A stretch of 64,000 bases of DNA. Origin: an uncultured Acidobacteriaceae bacterium. Lineage in GTDB: Bacteria; Acidobacteriota; Terriglobia; Terriglobales; Acidobacteriaceae. Under the pieces are notes generated by a model. The model was not told where the DNA came from. It did not search any database and was given only the letters and a program-made list of their open reading frames with translations. The translations under genes were made by a program, and so were the position numbers. Shown here piece by piece: positions 10,583 through 20,617 of this stretch. Positions within the stretch are counted from its first letter, which is position 1. Every line of letters starts with the position of its first letter. The DNA lies in assembly GCA_964252405.1 (NCBI GenBank), contig CAXUNH010000001.1, positions 566 through 64,565 on the forward strand, given 5' to 3'.

Positions 10583-11938
10583 CTACGCAGGAGCGTTATT
10601 CTGCCGCGCGTCGATGAGCTGCTGGTACAGGGCGATGGTCTGCTGGGCAATGGCCGTCCAGGAAAAGTGGGCCTCCACCCGCTTGCGTCCAGCCGCACCC
10701 ATGGCCTTGGCCTTCTCGGGGTCTGCCAGCAGTTCCCGGATGCGCGCCGCTAAATCCTGTGCAAACTGTTCGGGATCGGAGGGAAAGGTCGTCGTCGGGT
10801 CCTGCGCAAACGGCACCAGGTGTCCGGTTTCGCCTTCGACCACCACCTCCAGGATGCCGCCGGTCGCGGACGCCACCACCGCGGCACCGCAGGCCATGGC
10901 TTCCAGATTGATGATTCCAAACGGCTCATACACACTGGGGCAACAGAACACCGCGCAGTGCGAGTAGAGCTGGATGGCCTCCTCCTTGGTCACCATCTGC
11001 TCGATCCAGACGATGTTGTGCCCGACGCCCAAAGGATCCCCCGTCGCGACCGCGTGACCCTCCGGCTGCACGCCCGGCGGGGTGTGAACCTCGACGGCCG
11101 CGGGCTGGCTGAAGGGAGTCCACTTGCGTACGGCCTCCACCTTGGCTCTCATCTCGGCGGCGATCTCCGGGGTATCGGGCGCACCGGCGCACAGCACCAC
11201 CTGCGTCCCTGGCGGCAGGTGCTGGATGGCATCGACCAGATGCGTCACACCCTTTTGCCGCGTGATCCGCCCGACAAAGAGAACATACGGCTTGGTCTTG
11301 TCGACCCCGTATCTGTCCAGGGCGCCGGTATCCGGCGTCCACTGGTACTGCTGCAGATCGATTCCGTTATAGATCACATGAATGCGCGCCGGGTCGACCT
11401 CCGGGTAGGCACGCAGGATGTCGGCCTTGGTCCCGTTGGACACGGCCACGATCGCGTCCGCGTCCAGAATCGCCGTGCGCTCCATCCAGGAACTCAGCGC
11501 GTAGCCGGAGCCAAGTTGCTCGGCCTTCCAGGCCCGCAGAGGCTCCAGCGAGTGCGTCGTGAGTACGAAAGGAACACCGTACAGCTTCTTGGCCAGAAAT
11601 CCAGCCATGGACACGTACCAGGTGTGGGTGTGCACGACGTCCAGCTTCTCCAGATGGAGCTGCTGGAGCAGGTTCAGCGACAGAGCGTCCAGCGCGCCCT
11701 TGAACTTGGCTGTGGTGCCGTCAGAGATGGCACTCCAGGGCTTCTCGAAGTGCACTTCCAGGTTCGGATTCGGAGGTTCGGTGTGGCCGGGGATCTCCTG
11801 GTGCGCGGGCACGTCGCCCCAGGCATGCACCTCCACCTCGATTTGCTTCGCCAGTTCGCGCGACAGGTATTCCACGTGCACCCCGGCGCCCCCGTAGACA
11901 TAGGGCGGATACTCCCGCGTCATCAAGCCAACCCGCAT
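10583..11938 (-). CDS. glgA: Glycogen synthase, GlgA/GlgM-type GT4
   Basis: MTREYPPYVYGGAGVHV, HTHTWY, HSLEPLRAWKAEQLG, GRITRQKG, YEPFGIINLEAMAC. Confidence 0.9.
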   Translation of the reverse strand: MRVGLMTREYPPYVYGGAGVHVEYLSRELAKQIEVEVHAWGDVPAHQEIPGHTEPPNPNLEVHFEKPWSAISDGTTAKFKGALDALSLNLLQQLHLEKLDVVHTHTWYVSMAGFLAKKLYGVPFVLTTHSLEPLRAWKAEQLGSGYALSSWMERTAILDADAIVAVSNGTKADILRAYPEVDPARIHVIYNGIDLQQYQWTPDTGALDRYGVDKTKPYVLFVGRITRQKGVTHLVDAIQHLPPGTQVVLCAGAPDTPEIAAEMRAKVEAVRKWTPFSQPAAVEVHTPPGVQPEGHAVATGDPLGVGHNIVWIEQMVTKEEAIQLYSHCAVFCCPSVYEPFGIINLEAMACGAAVVASATGGILEVVVEGETGHLVPFAQDPTTTFPSDPEQFAQDLAARIRELLADPEKAKAMGAAGRKRVEAHFSWTAIAQQTIALYQQLIDARQNNAPA

Positions 11939-12123
11939 TCTGATCGTCCTCCATATGTACGCACCGGAGTCCCCGCTGCGCCGCCATTCTATGATGCCCG
12001 CGCGCGAGCGCGCTTCAGGGCGCTTTGCCGGTGATGGCAGACGCCCATGAACTGTCGTGGACGGCCGGCCGTAACCTACTCTGACGCGCCACTCTCCGGT
12101 ACACTCGGGCCAACCGCCGTGCG

Positions 12124-14178
12124 ATGAAGAGATCCCTGAACAAGGTCGTTTGGTCCGTCTGCCTTCTCCTGGCCGGCGCGACGGTCCATGCGCAGAGCGG
12201 TGCTCGGCCGGCCGCGATACCCAGGGCCGGCGCAGCGCCGGCGCCGGTCGCCACGACGGACCCGGAGACCACTTTTTCATTGGAAAACGATCGCGAGCCC
12301 CTTGTTCTGCTGGAGGGCCGCTGGCGCTTTCAGCCCGGCGATGATCCGCGCTGGGCCGATCCGCACTTCGATGATTCCAGGTGGCCCCTCGTCAAATCCG
12401 GCAGTGACTGGGACGAGATTGGATACCACAAGCTCGACGGCACAGCCTGGTACCGCTTTCACGTAGTCCTGCCCGCCGGCGAAGAGGCCTTCAGTCTTCG
12501 ATTGCCGGTCATCTATACCTCGTATCAGGTCTTCATAGATGGAACGTCGGTCCTGACGCGTGGGAAGCTGCCACCCAGTCCCGGGACATTTCGCTCCCGC
12601 CCCGTGGTCATCGACTTGCTTACCGAATCCCGGCCGGCCCCCAAAACCATTACGATTGCACTCCGCATCTGGCACAACCCCGTTTGGAGCCGCTACCGCC
12701 ATGGCGGACTGCAGGGCTCGGCCGAGATCGGCCGCAGTGATCTCCTCCATGACCGGTTCGACACGCAGGAGCAGGCGTACCTTTGGCAGTACAGCGACGA
12801 CTTCGACCTGGGCGCGTTGGATCTGCTGGCCTTTGCCGTGGCCATGGCCTTCTTCCTGACCAGGCAGACCGAACGCGAGTTCCTGTGGTTTGCGCTGCTG
12901 GTGTTGGGCCAGGGCGCGTTCCACCTCGTCCGTGCCTGGGATTTTCTGCATACCGGCAACCTGCTGGTCTACCAATCGGCGGAAACGGTTTTTCAAACAT
13001 TGTTCCTTGCCTCTGCCCTGCTCTTCTTCCGGACGCTGTTTCATGGCAAGTGGACGAACGCCTTCGTCTTCGCGCTGGCCTGCTGCGGCCTGTCGGCCTT
13101 GGTAGACCCACTCGCCTGGATGGGGGCGGTTACCATCGGGCAGGAAAACCTGCTTACGATTCTGTTTCTTCTCCCTGTGTTTGGCTGGATCCTTTTGTTC
13201 GTGCATCAGCAGGCCAAGCGCCGGCAGCCGGACGCCCGCATTCTGCGCTTCCCCATCACGCTGCTCTGTTTATCCTTCCTCTACGGCCAACTGATCTGGA
13301 TGCTGCAAACCTTTGGTCTGACCTGGTTCAGTACCTTCTCAATCCGCTGGCGTCGCCCCTTCTACTTCACTCTGAATGATTTGGCGGAGGTGGTTTTCCT
13401 GCTCACCATGCTGCTGATTCTGTTGCGGCGTTTTGCGCTGCGCAGCCGCGAGCAGGACCGCGTCGCCTCGGAGATCGAGGCTGCCCGTTCCGTTCAGCAG
13501 GTGCTGGTGCCCGAAACGCTTCCCCGCATTGCCGGGCTCGCCATCGGAACGGCGTACCATCCGGCGCAGGAGGTCGGCGGAGACTTCTTTCAGATCCTTC
13601 CTCTGCTCTCCGGCGAGACGATCGTCGTCATAGGCGACGTGGCCGGCAAGGGCCTGCCCGCTGCCCTGCAGGTGTCGCTTGCCGTTGGAACGCTCCGTAC
13701 CCTGGCCGAGCGCACCACCTCGCCCGCGGAGATCCTGGCAGGCTTGAATCGCACGCTCCAGGGCCGCAGCGCAGGCTTCACCACCTGCCTTGCCCTGCAT
13801 ATCTCGGCGGACCGCACCGTGCTGACCTTCGCCAACGCCGGGCACATCGCTCCATATGTGAACGGCTTCGAGCTGCGCACCGAACCCAACCTTCCGCTGG
13901 GGCTCATCCCGGATGCCCTGTTCGACGAAGTTCGCTATGCGCTCAGTCCAGGCGACCACGTCACGGTGCTTACCGACGGTGTGCCCGAAGCCATGCATCA
14001 CCGCGAACTCTTCGGGTTCGAGCGCACCGGCCTGCTTAGCCGGCAACCCGCCTCCGACATCGCGGAGGCCGCCCGCAGCTTCGGTCAGACCGATGACATC
14101 ACCGTTCTGACCATCGATATCGTCTCTGTGCCGGCCTCGCACACCGAACAATTGCAGCCTGCGCTACAGCCCGCCTGA
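12124..14178 (+). CDS. SpoIIE/PP2C-family phosphatase with N-terminal sugar-binding-like domain and multi-TM region
   Basis: Signal peptide, WRFQPGDD/AWYR beta-sandwich domain, TM bundle, GGDF, GDVAGKG, NAGH, TDG, DDIT. Confidence 0.9.
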   Translation: MKRSLNKVVWSVCLLLAGATVHAQSGARPAAIPRAGAAPAPVATTDPETTFSLENDREPLVLLEGRWRFQPGDDPRWADPHFDDSRWPLVKSGSDWDEIGYHKLDGTAWYRFHVVLPAGEEAFSLRLPVIYTSYQVFIDGTSVLTRGKLPPSPGTFRSRPVVIDLLTESRPAPKTITIALRIWHNPVWSRYRHGGLQGSAEIGRSDLLHDRFDTQEQAYLWQYSDDFDLGALDLLAFAVAMAFFLTRQTEREFLWFALLVLGQGAFHLVRAWDFLHTGNLLVYQSAETVFQTLFLASALLFFRTLFHGKWTNAFVFALACCGLSALVDPLAWMGAVTIGQENLLTILFLLPVFGWILLFVHQQAKRRQPDARILRFPITLLCLSFLYGQLIWMLQTFGLTWFSTFSIRWRRPFYFTLNDLAEVVFLLTMLLILLRRFALRSREQDRVASEIEAARSVQQVLVPETLPRIAGLAIGTAYHPAQEVGGDFFQILPLLSGETIVVIGDVAGKGLPAALQVSLAVGTLRTLAERTTSPAEILAGLNRTLQGRSAGFTTCLALHISADRTVLTFANAGHIAPYVNGFELRTEPNLPLGLIPDALFDEVRYALSPGDHVTVLTDGVPEAMHHRELFGFERTGLLSRQPASDIAEAARSFGQTDDITVLTIDIVSVPASHTEQLQPALQPA

Positions 14179-14239
14179 GTCACCGCGACAGGAGCGCATC
14201 CTGACAGACGTCGAGTTTGCGTCCGCCGGCCGCGCGGGC

Positions 14240-15409
14240 TCACCCCAGCTTCCACCGGCGGTGGAGCATCTCCTGCATCGACTGCGCACGGTCGCGCCAC
14301 GTGTGCTTCAGACTGGCTTCCCACCTTGCCTGGCGCAGGCTGTCCTGAAAGCCCGCGGCGCGTAGACCCTCAAGCGCGAAAGCCGCGTCTTCCGCCGTGT
14401 CCACCAGCTTGAGCAGAGGTTCTTTGTTGCGGAGTGCAAACACCGCGCTGGTCGCCAGGATGGGGTGGCCTGCCGCAAGGTGATCGTAAAAGCGCGTGCT
14501 CGATCCCGAGAACGTCGGTTCGCGAAGCCGGTACGGCAGCACCGCAACGTCGATTCCGCGAGCGAACCGGTACAGCTCGGTGTAGGGCTGCGCGCCGATG
14601 AAGCAGGTCTGATCGCTGCGCATGACCCACTCCCGGGCTCCCCGTTGTCCTCGATCACGAATGCGCCCTTCCGCAGGCCCGACGAAGAGCCAGAACAGCC
14701 ATGGTGTCCGGCGGATGACCTCCTGCAGAAAGACCCAATCCGTGTTTTCGGCCAGGTTTCCGATCACGCCCGCGATCGGGCGCGGCAGATGGGCGTAAGC
14801 TTCCGGAAGCGGCAGAGCGCCGGTCAGCGGCGCGGCGAGAAGGCTCCGGGTGCCCGTCGCATTTGGCAAGACCTCGCACCGGTCCGCAGCACAGCTAGCC
14901 TTACAGCGCAGATACTCGGCAATCCTGACCGAATTGGGACAGACCAGAGTCGCCCTCCGGCACATCCGCTGATCCAACTTGCGCACTCGCTCGAACACCG
15001 AGCGCCCGTACATGGCAATGAGATCGGAGAGCCAATACACCACCGGTCCGGGCCACCGTTCGGCCACAGGAGCGAAGAAGGGAGTTGTGCAGACAAGTAC
15101 CGAGCGGTGCGGCGAGCTTACCTGTTCAGATAACCTACCGGCCAGATCCGGTCCGGTGCCGGCCAGCGCCGAAATCGGGAACCTCGCGTATCCGCGTACA
15201 AGCGGAAAGGTACGGATGCGCAGCCCCGTATCGGCCTGCACTCGCTCCGTCACTTGGAAGCCGTTCTGCGAGTACAGCCGCCGTGCCGGCTCCCAGAGGA
15301 TGACGGGCACGAACTCCGAAAGCGCAGAAGCAAACTCTAGATCGAGCGCATCGGAAAGTTGCAGAACGTGCCAGACTTCGTCCGCACTGTTCATTCCGAT
15401 TGGAGACAC
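14240..15409 (-). CDS. Glycosyltransferase (GT-B, family 1/4-like)
   Basis: GVIGNL, FVGP, DVAVLPY, RFYDHLAAGHP, HTW C-terminal pattern; CATAAT 7 nt before GTG. Confidence 0.8.
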   Translation of the reverse strand: MSPIGMNSADEVWHVLQLSDALDLEFASALSEFVPVILWEPARRLYSQNGFQVTERVQADTGLRIRTFPLVRGYARFPISALAGTGPDLAGRLSEQVSSPHRSVLVCTTPFFAPVAERWPGPVVYWLSDLIAMYGRSVFERVRKLDQRMCRRATLVCPNSVRIAEYLRCKASCAADRCEVLPNATGTRSLLAAPLTGALPLPEAYAHLPRPIAGVIGNLAENTDWVFLQEVIRRTPWLFWLFVGPAEGRIRDRGQRGAREWVMRSDQTCFIGAQPYTELYRFARGIDVAVLPYRLREPTFSGSSTRFYDHLAAGHPILATSAVFALRNKEPLLKLVDTAEDAAFALEGLRAAGFQDSLRQARWEASLKHTWRDRAQSMQEMLHRRWKLG

Positions 15410-15486
15410 CTCGGCTATTATGCCGGAACCGGGTAAGAACAGAGTGTGAAACGGGGGAGCAAACCGAGACGCAGCGGGGGAAGGCG

Positions 15487-16083
15487 CTAGCGGGCCAGTG
15501 CCCGCAGGGTGACCCACTTGCGCCCGAGATACAGCTTCACGGTATTGGGCTGATCCGCGACGATCTGCAGCGGACGCGGCCGTCGCATGGCGGCATCCTC
15601 CTGCGTCGGACCCTCCCCTACCGTGTGATCCCCTAGGTCCATCAAAACAAAATGGTCGCCGACAAAGCCGCCGCCGTAGGCTCCGGCCGCCAGAGCCACA
15701 TCGCCGACACGCAGCGGCCCCTCGGTCACCAGGTAAAACTGATAGCGCTCCTGAACGGAGCTGGAATAGCCGGAGCTATCCACCAGCGACACCCACAGGA
15801 TGGAACCGCTCGCGAACTTTGTGCCGCTTGCATTCCGAAGCTGCAACGGCGCGGTACGGCCGGCGAAGTACACCGTTTGCGGCAGCAGGGAGGCTATCTT
15901 CTCCGGCGTGAACGGGACGCCGGGTCCCGGCGTGGCAGCGACCTTTTCTGCGGCAGGCGCTGGCGTTTGAGCTGCGCCGACGCCTTGAACGGGACCAGCG
16001 AGAAGAGTTGCCCCGAGCAGCAGCGCCCCAGCCTGCGCAAGCCTCCTTGCGTAATTCAGTTCCTTACGTGAACAAGGCTTCAT
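15487..16083 (-). CDS. Hypothetical secreted protein
   Basis: Signal peptide; GGAGGA RBS; co-oriented behind the ASPIC gene. Confidence 0.75.
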   Translation of the reverse strand: MKPCSRKELNYARRLAQAGALLLGATLLAGPVQGVGAAQTPAPAAEKVAATPGPGVPFTPEKIASLLPQTVYFAGRTAPLQLRNASGTKFASGSILWVSLVDSSGYSSSVQERYQFYLVTEGPLRVGDVALAAGAYGGGFVGDHFVLMDLGDHTVGEGPTQEDAAMRRPRPLQIVADQPNTVKLYLGRKWVTLRALAR

Positions 16084-16134
16084 CGTCCTCCAACCTTTCT
16101 CTTAAGCGGGTATGCGAAACGGGGAACTTGCCCC

Positions 16135-18021
16135 CTAGCGGTAGGGGGCCGCGACGCCCTTGCCTTCCGTGATGGTGTAGAAGCCGTCCAGCTTCCTGGG
16201 CGCGGAAATCGTCTCCCTGTGTCCGCTGGGCCAGCGAATCTCGATCTTTTCGATCGCGGTCGCGGAGCCCAGGCCAAAGTGCGGCCGCTGGTCCGGGCTC
16301 GACGCATAGCTGCCGCCCGCGGTGACATCGGCGCGCTGGCGGAAACCGTTGGCGGTGACCCAAATCGTCGCGCCCACGGCGTCACGGGGACTGCCGGGCT
16401 TTCCCGGCTGCGTAGGGGGCGCGCCCACCAGCTTAAAGGCGATCCAGTGATTGCCGTTGCTGACCACATTACGAAACAGCGAGGGAGAGCTGTCCATGTT
16501 GTTCACGGCAACATCCACATGACCGTCGTTGAACAGATCCCCGAAGGCCATGCCCCGGGCCGGCGCTACCTTGGCCAGAGCCGTACCTTCGACGGCAGGC
16601 ATCAGCTTGAGCTTGCCGCCCTCATTGTGAAACAGCAGGGGACGCTGTGCCCACGTTGTGCCCCAATTTTGTGTGTCTGCCTGGGGGTACACATGGCCGT
16701 TCACAAACATCAGGTCAAGCCAGCCGTCGTTGTCGTAGTCGAAAAAACTGGCTCCCCAGCCCAGAAACGGGATCGTCTGCTCGGCCATTCCTTCCCCGTA
16801 CGCAACATCGGTGAAGTTGGCTTCTCCATCGTTGCGATAGAGCGGTTTGTAATCGTCAGAAAACGTTGTGTTGTAGATGTCGATCCGCCCGTTGTGGGTC
16901 AGATCCCCGGCGGCGATGCCCATGCTGGCGGTCTCGCGGCCGCTCTCATTCAGCGCGTACCCGCTGGCAAAGCTTGCGTCCTCAAACGTGCCGTCGCCCT
17001 TGTTCAGGTACAGGTAGTTGGGCGTGGAATCATCCGCAACCAGAAGGTCCGGCTTACCGTCCCCGTTCACATCGATGAACAAGGAGGCAAGCCCGTAGTA
17101 GTGGCTCTTGTCCGCCACGCCGGCACGCTCGCTCACGTCGGTGAAAGTGCCGTCGCCGTTGTTGTGAAACAGGTGGTCGGGCTCGCCGTGCAGCCCATGC
17201 GGCCCGCACATGACGTGCACGCCGCGAAACTCGCAGAAGCTATGGGCTGAGTCACCGCCCCGCACCAGATCGTCGACCTTCACGTAGCCGGGCACAAACA
17301 GGTCAAGATAACCGTCGCCGTCATAGTCGCCCCAGGTCGCTCCGCTGGACCATCCGCCCACCGTGACCCCTGCCTTCTCCGCCACGTCGGTAAAGGTGCC
17401 GTCATGGTTGTTGTGGTACAGCCGGTTCTTCCCAAGGTTGGAGACGTAGATGTCCGGCCAGCCATCGTTGTCGAAGTCGCCCACGACCGCGCCGAAGCCC
17501 CAACGGTCATTGACCACTCCCGCTTTCGCGGTGACGTCGGTGAAGGTTCCGTCGTGGTTGTTATGAAACAGCGCTGCATGCGGTGGCTTGGTTTTGCCCT
17601 GCTCCGCGTCGTAGCTCGAGCCGTTGACGAAGTAGAGGTCGAGCCAGCCGTCGTTGTCGTAGTCCAACAGCGCGACGCCGGAGCCGATTGTCTCCGGAAT
17701 GGTCGACTTGGCGGCCGTTCCCATGTGGTGCGTCCACACAGCAAGGCCGGCGCTCTGGGCGATGTCCTTGAAAAGGACCGGACCTGTCGGGACGAAACCG
17801 CCCGCGGTGATGGGACGACGTTGTGCGTCGAGAATCGCAGGATGGGCTCCGCCGGTTGAGGATCCGCTGCCCTGCGACGGTTGTGATCCTTCCACAGGAC
17901 GCCCCGCCTGTTTCTCCAGCGGCGACGGATTTGGGCTCTGAGCGGCCAGACTCAGGCCGAGCCCCAAAAAACACAACCCAACCCCAAGCCTGCGTACCAG
18001 CCCATCGTGCATCATGCTCAT
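16135..18021 (-). CDS. CRTAC1-family protein (FG-GAP repeats plus ASPIC/UnbV domain)
   Basis: Repeated DYDNDGWLDL/DFDNDGWPDI and NNHDGTFTDV; C-terminal HFGLG...IRWPSG. Confidence 0.92.
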   Translation of the reverse strand: MSMMHDGLVRRLGVGLCFLGLGLSLAAQSPNPSPLEKQAGRPVEGSQPSQGSGSSTGGAHPAILDAQRRPITAGGFVPTGPVLFKDIAQSAGLAVWTHHMGTAAKSTIPETIGSGVALLDYDNDGWLDLYFVNGSSYDAEQGKTKPPHAALFHNNHDGTFTDVTAKAGVVNDRWGFGAVVGDFDNDGWPDIYVSNLGKNRLYHNNHDGTFTDVAEKAGVTVGGWSSGATWGDYDGDGYLDLFVPGYVKVDDLVRGGDSAHSFCEFRGVHVMCGPHGLHGEPDHLFHNNGDGTFTDVSERAGVADKSHYYGLASLFIDVNGDGKPDLLVADDSTPNYLYLNKGDGTFEDASFASGYALNESGRETASMGIAAGDLTHNGRIDIYNTTFSDDYKPLYRNDGEANFTDVAYGEGMAEQTIPFLGWGASFFDYDNDGWLDLMFVNGHVYPQADTQNWGTTWAQRPLLFHNEGGKLKLMPAVEGTALAKVAPARGMAFGDLFNDGHVDVAVNNMDSSPSLFRNVVSNGNHWIAFKLVGAPPTQPGKPGSPRDAVGATIWVTANGFRQRADVTAGGSYASSPDQRPHFGLGSATAIEKIEIRWPSGHRETISAPRKLDGFYTITEGKGVAAPYR

Positions 18022-18056
18022 CCAGTCCATCATCGCGCAGAGGGCAGCCACTCCGG

Positions 18057-20360
18057 TCAGTTTCCGCCGGCGTTGGGTGCCGTTAAAGGCGCCGGGGTGG
18101 CCACCAACGAGGGAACTGCGCCCGTACCGGGCTTCGCGTCCAGATCATGGGTGTGCCACGGCACACTCTCGTTGGCCACCGCGTTGTGCTTGCGCAGGTA
18201 ATCCAGGGCAAAGGTGCTGGCCATCGGATCGTCCTTCTGATCGGCGAAGTACGCCGACTCCTTCGCCGCCTGTTCCTTCATTCCCAGCCTGCGATACAGG
18301 ATGGACAGGTTGTAGTGCGCAGCCAAATCATCCGGATCGATGCCCTGCAGCGCCTGGTACTGCTCCAGCGCCTCTTTGTACTTGTGCTGCTGGTACAACG
18401 AGAAGCCCAGCTCCCGGTGTGCGTCCTTGGAGCGCGGAAAGGCCTTCAGCACGTCGTTGAAGTCGTTGATGGCCAGATCCAGGTTGCCTTCATTGCGCTC
18501 GACCAGAGCACGGTAGTACAGCGCGCGCGCGTTGCCCGGCGCGATCTCCAGAGCCTTGGCCAGATGCGGGCGTGCCTCGCTGTAGCGCTCCCACTGAATT
18601 TCGACGATGCCCATGTTCGTATACGCATCGGCGTAGTCCGGCCGGAGGTTAGCCACGTGCTGGAACGCACCCAGCGAGGCCTGGTACTGCAGCGCATCCA
18701 GCAGCGCGATGCCGTAGTTGTTCCAGCGCATCCACTCCTTGATGTCGGTCTCGGCCGGCGGCACGGGCGTGTTCTCGCCCACGTTGATCGTGCGGCTGAC
18801 GCTGATCATGTCCACCACGGGCTCCGGAAAGTGCTCCTTGGCCATCGCGAAGTCCAGGAAATGCTGGTCGAAGCGGCGATACTTGATCGTGGCCGTCAAC
18901 GTCACGGCGCCCTGAGCAACGGCGGGCATGCGGAAGGTGTAGCGCACAAGTTGCGAGCGCCCGGACTGGATCGAGTTGTTGTAGGCGACCACCCGGTTGT
19001 CCCATACCTGGTGCAGGTCGTTGATGCCGCCTTTCACGTTGATCAGCCGATTGGTGAAGCTGTGGGCGCGTTCGTCCAGATCGCCCGAGGGCTTCAGGAA
19101 GCCGCTCTCAGCCAGGACCTTGCCCTGTGCGTCTTTCACCGTAAAGTTCACCCAGGACTCGTACATGTCGCGCTGCTCCGGCACATGGCTGTGCGCGATG
19201 CCCTTGTTCTGAATAACCACATCGGCCGTGAGCCGCTCACCCGGCGCCACCTTGTAGCCGACCAGCCCCAGCGGCGCAACCAGCGCATTCGCATCGCCCT
19301 CATGCCCCTCCCTCTCCAGCGCGAAGAGGTCGACATTGAAGACATTGGTCTTCAGGAATTGCATGATGCGGGCCGACTGCTCGGTGTACCCGTAAAACGC
19401 CGGGATAAGCGTGTTGCCGCCCAGCCAGCGGTGCGAAGCCAGCTTGCCGTTCTTTGCGCCTGGGTCGCGGTCCGCGCCCACGCCGGTCAGCGCCTCACGC
19501 TGCATGTGGCAGGTCTGACAGGTGGAGACCGAGTCCTTCACATAGAAGGGCAGCGGCGACTGCTTGGCGTAGGAAGACGCCTGCCATTCGTCATAGACCG
19601 AAAACGCCCGCAGCCACTTGTAGTCGTTCAGCATCTTGGGCAGCTCGGCTTTGTGGCAGCTCGCGCAGAACTCCGGCGTGCGATAAAAGTCCTTCATCAC
19701 GGCCTTGGAGTGCCGGTCCAGGTGCGCCAGGATCTCGGCGTCGCTCACCGCCCGGGTGATCGGGGCGCCGTTCTCGTCCAGCAGCACGGCGGGCACGCCC
19801 ATGACGTAGCTGCCCGTGCCCTTGGTCGTCACCTTCTGGATGGAGTGGCATACAGTGCAGGTGATGCCATCGGCGTCATACGGATGACTGGTCGGCTTAC
19901 CCTGGGTTAACTGCCCGGAAACGACCGCGATCGGGTCGTGGCAGCCTTCGCAGTGCCGCATGTACTCCGTGCCCTTTTCCGCCTTCAGGAGCTGCACGTT
20001 GCGCTGGTACCACGTAGGGCGGTTGGAGTTGGCGTGCGCCGACTGCCGCCACTGCGCCTGGGCAGCCTGATGGCAATGCCCGCAGTAGGCCGCGCTTTGA
20101 AACGAGGACGGATCGACAAACTCGCCGGTGTCCGTGGTCGCTTGTGACGGCAGAAACGGCGTGCCGGACCCAAACTTGTAGGAGTAGTACGCCGCGACCT
20201 TGGACTGGTATGCGTGGCGCTGGTCCTGTCCGGCTGTCTCCTCCGTGCCCGCGCGCACACCTCCCCGCACCGCTGCCGCCGCCGCCAGCAGCAGAAGCAC
20301 GGTGCACAGGCCGCGGAACGGCCAGCGCCGGGGAACGAGTTGGGTCTTCCTCAAGCTCAT
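18057..20360 (-). CDS. Multiheme c-type cytochrome (5 CxxCH) with C-terminal TPR repeats; alternative start 20471
   Basis: CGHCH, CEGCH, CTVCH, CASCH, CQTCH; TPR-like YADAYTNMG, AHRELG, AHYNLS; signal peptide. Confidence 0.88.
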   Translation of the reverse strand: MSLRKTQLVPRRWPFRGLCTVLLLLAAAAAVRGGVRAGTEETAGQDQRHAYQSKVAAYYSYKFGSGTPFLPSQATTDTGEFVDPSSFQSAAYCGHCHQAAQAQWRQSAHANSNRPTWYQRNVQLLKAEKGTEYMRHCEGCHDPIAVVSGQLTQGKPTSHPYDADGITCTVCHSIQKVTTKGTGSYVMGVPAVLLDENGAPITRAVSDAEILAHLDRHSKAVMKDFYRTPEFCASCHKAELPKMLNDYKWLRAFSVYDEWQASSYAKQSPLPFYVKDSVSTCQTCHMQREALTGVGADRDPGAKNGKLASHRWLGGNTLIPAFYGYTEQSARIMQFLKTNVFNVDLFALEREGHEGDANALVAPLGLVGYKVAPGERLTADVVIQNKGIAHSHVPEQRDMYESWVNFTVKDAQGKVLAESGFLKPSGDLDERAHSFTNRLINVKGGINDLHQVWDNRVVAYNNSIQSGRSQLVRYTFRMPAVAQGAVTLTATIKYRRFDQHFLDFAMAKEHFPEPVVDMISVSRTINVGENTPVPPAETDIKEWMRWNNYGIALLDALQYQASLGAFQHVANLRPDYADAYTNMGIVEIQWERYSEARPHLAKALEIAPGNARALYYRALVERNEGNLDLAINDFNDVLKAFPRSKDAHRELGFSLYQQHKYKEALEQYQALQGIDPDDLAAHYNLSILYRRLGMKEQAAKESAYFADQKDDPMASTFALDYLRKHNAVANESVPWHTHDLDAKPGTGAVPSLVATPAPLTAPNAGGN

Positions 20361-20617
20361 GGACACGCTGCCGAAGCCGCCTGAGCTCGCATCTGAGCCT
20401 GGGGAATGTCCAGTGTTTCCAACCGGCTGGCGGTTGCAGTGTAGCGGAAAAGGTCCACGGTTGGCCACCATTTTTGTTCGCTTTATTTTCGCTTCTCATA
20501 CGTCCATCTTTCGATGGGGATGCATCTAGTCATGGAGGTGTACAGAACCGGGTGGATCACATTCTCGATCCCTGCGGAGATCGCGCGACAAGCACGAAGT
20601 AACCGAAAGAGGCGACT

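Noticed and set aside
18147-19910. Long antisense ORFs (e.g. 18147-19910, 33994-35667, 61538-63472, 10820-12034, 9346-10425)
   Set aside because: They mirror well-supported genes on the opposite strand, as expected from GC3 codon bias, and have no recognisable motifs
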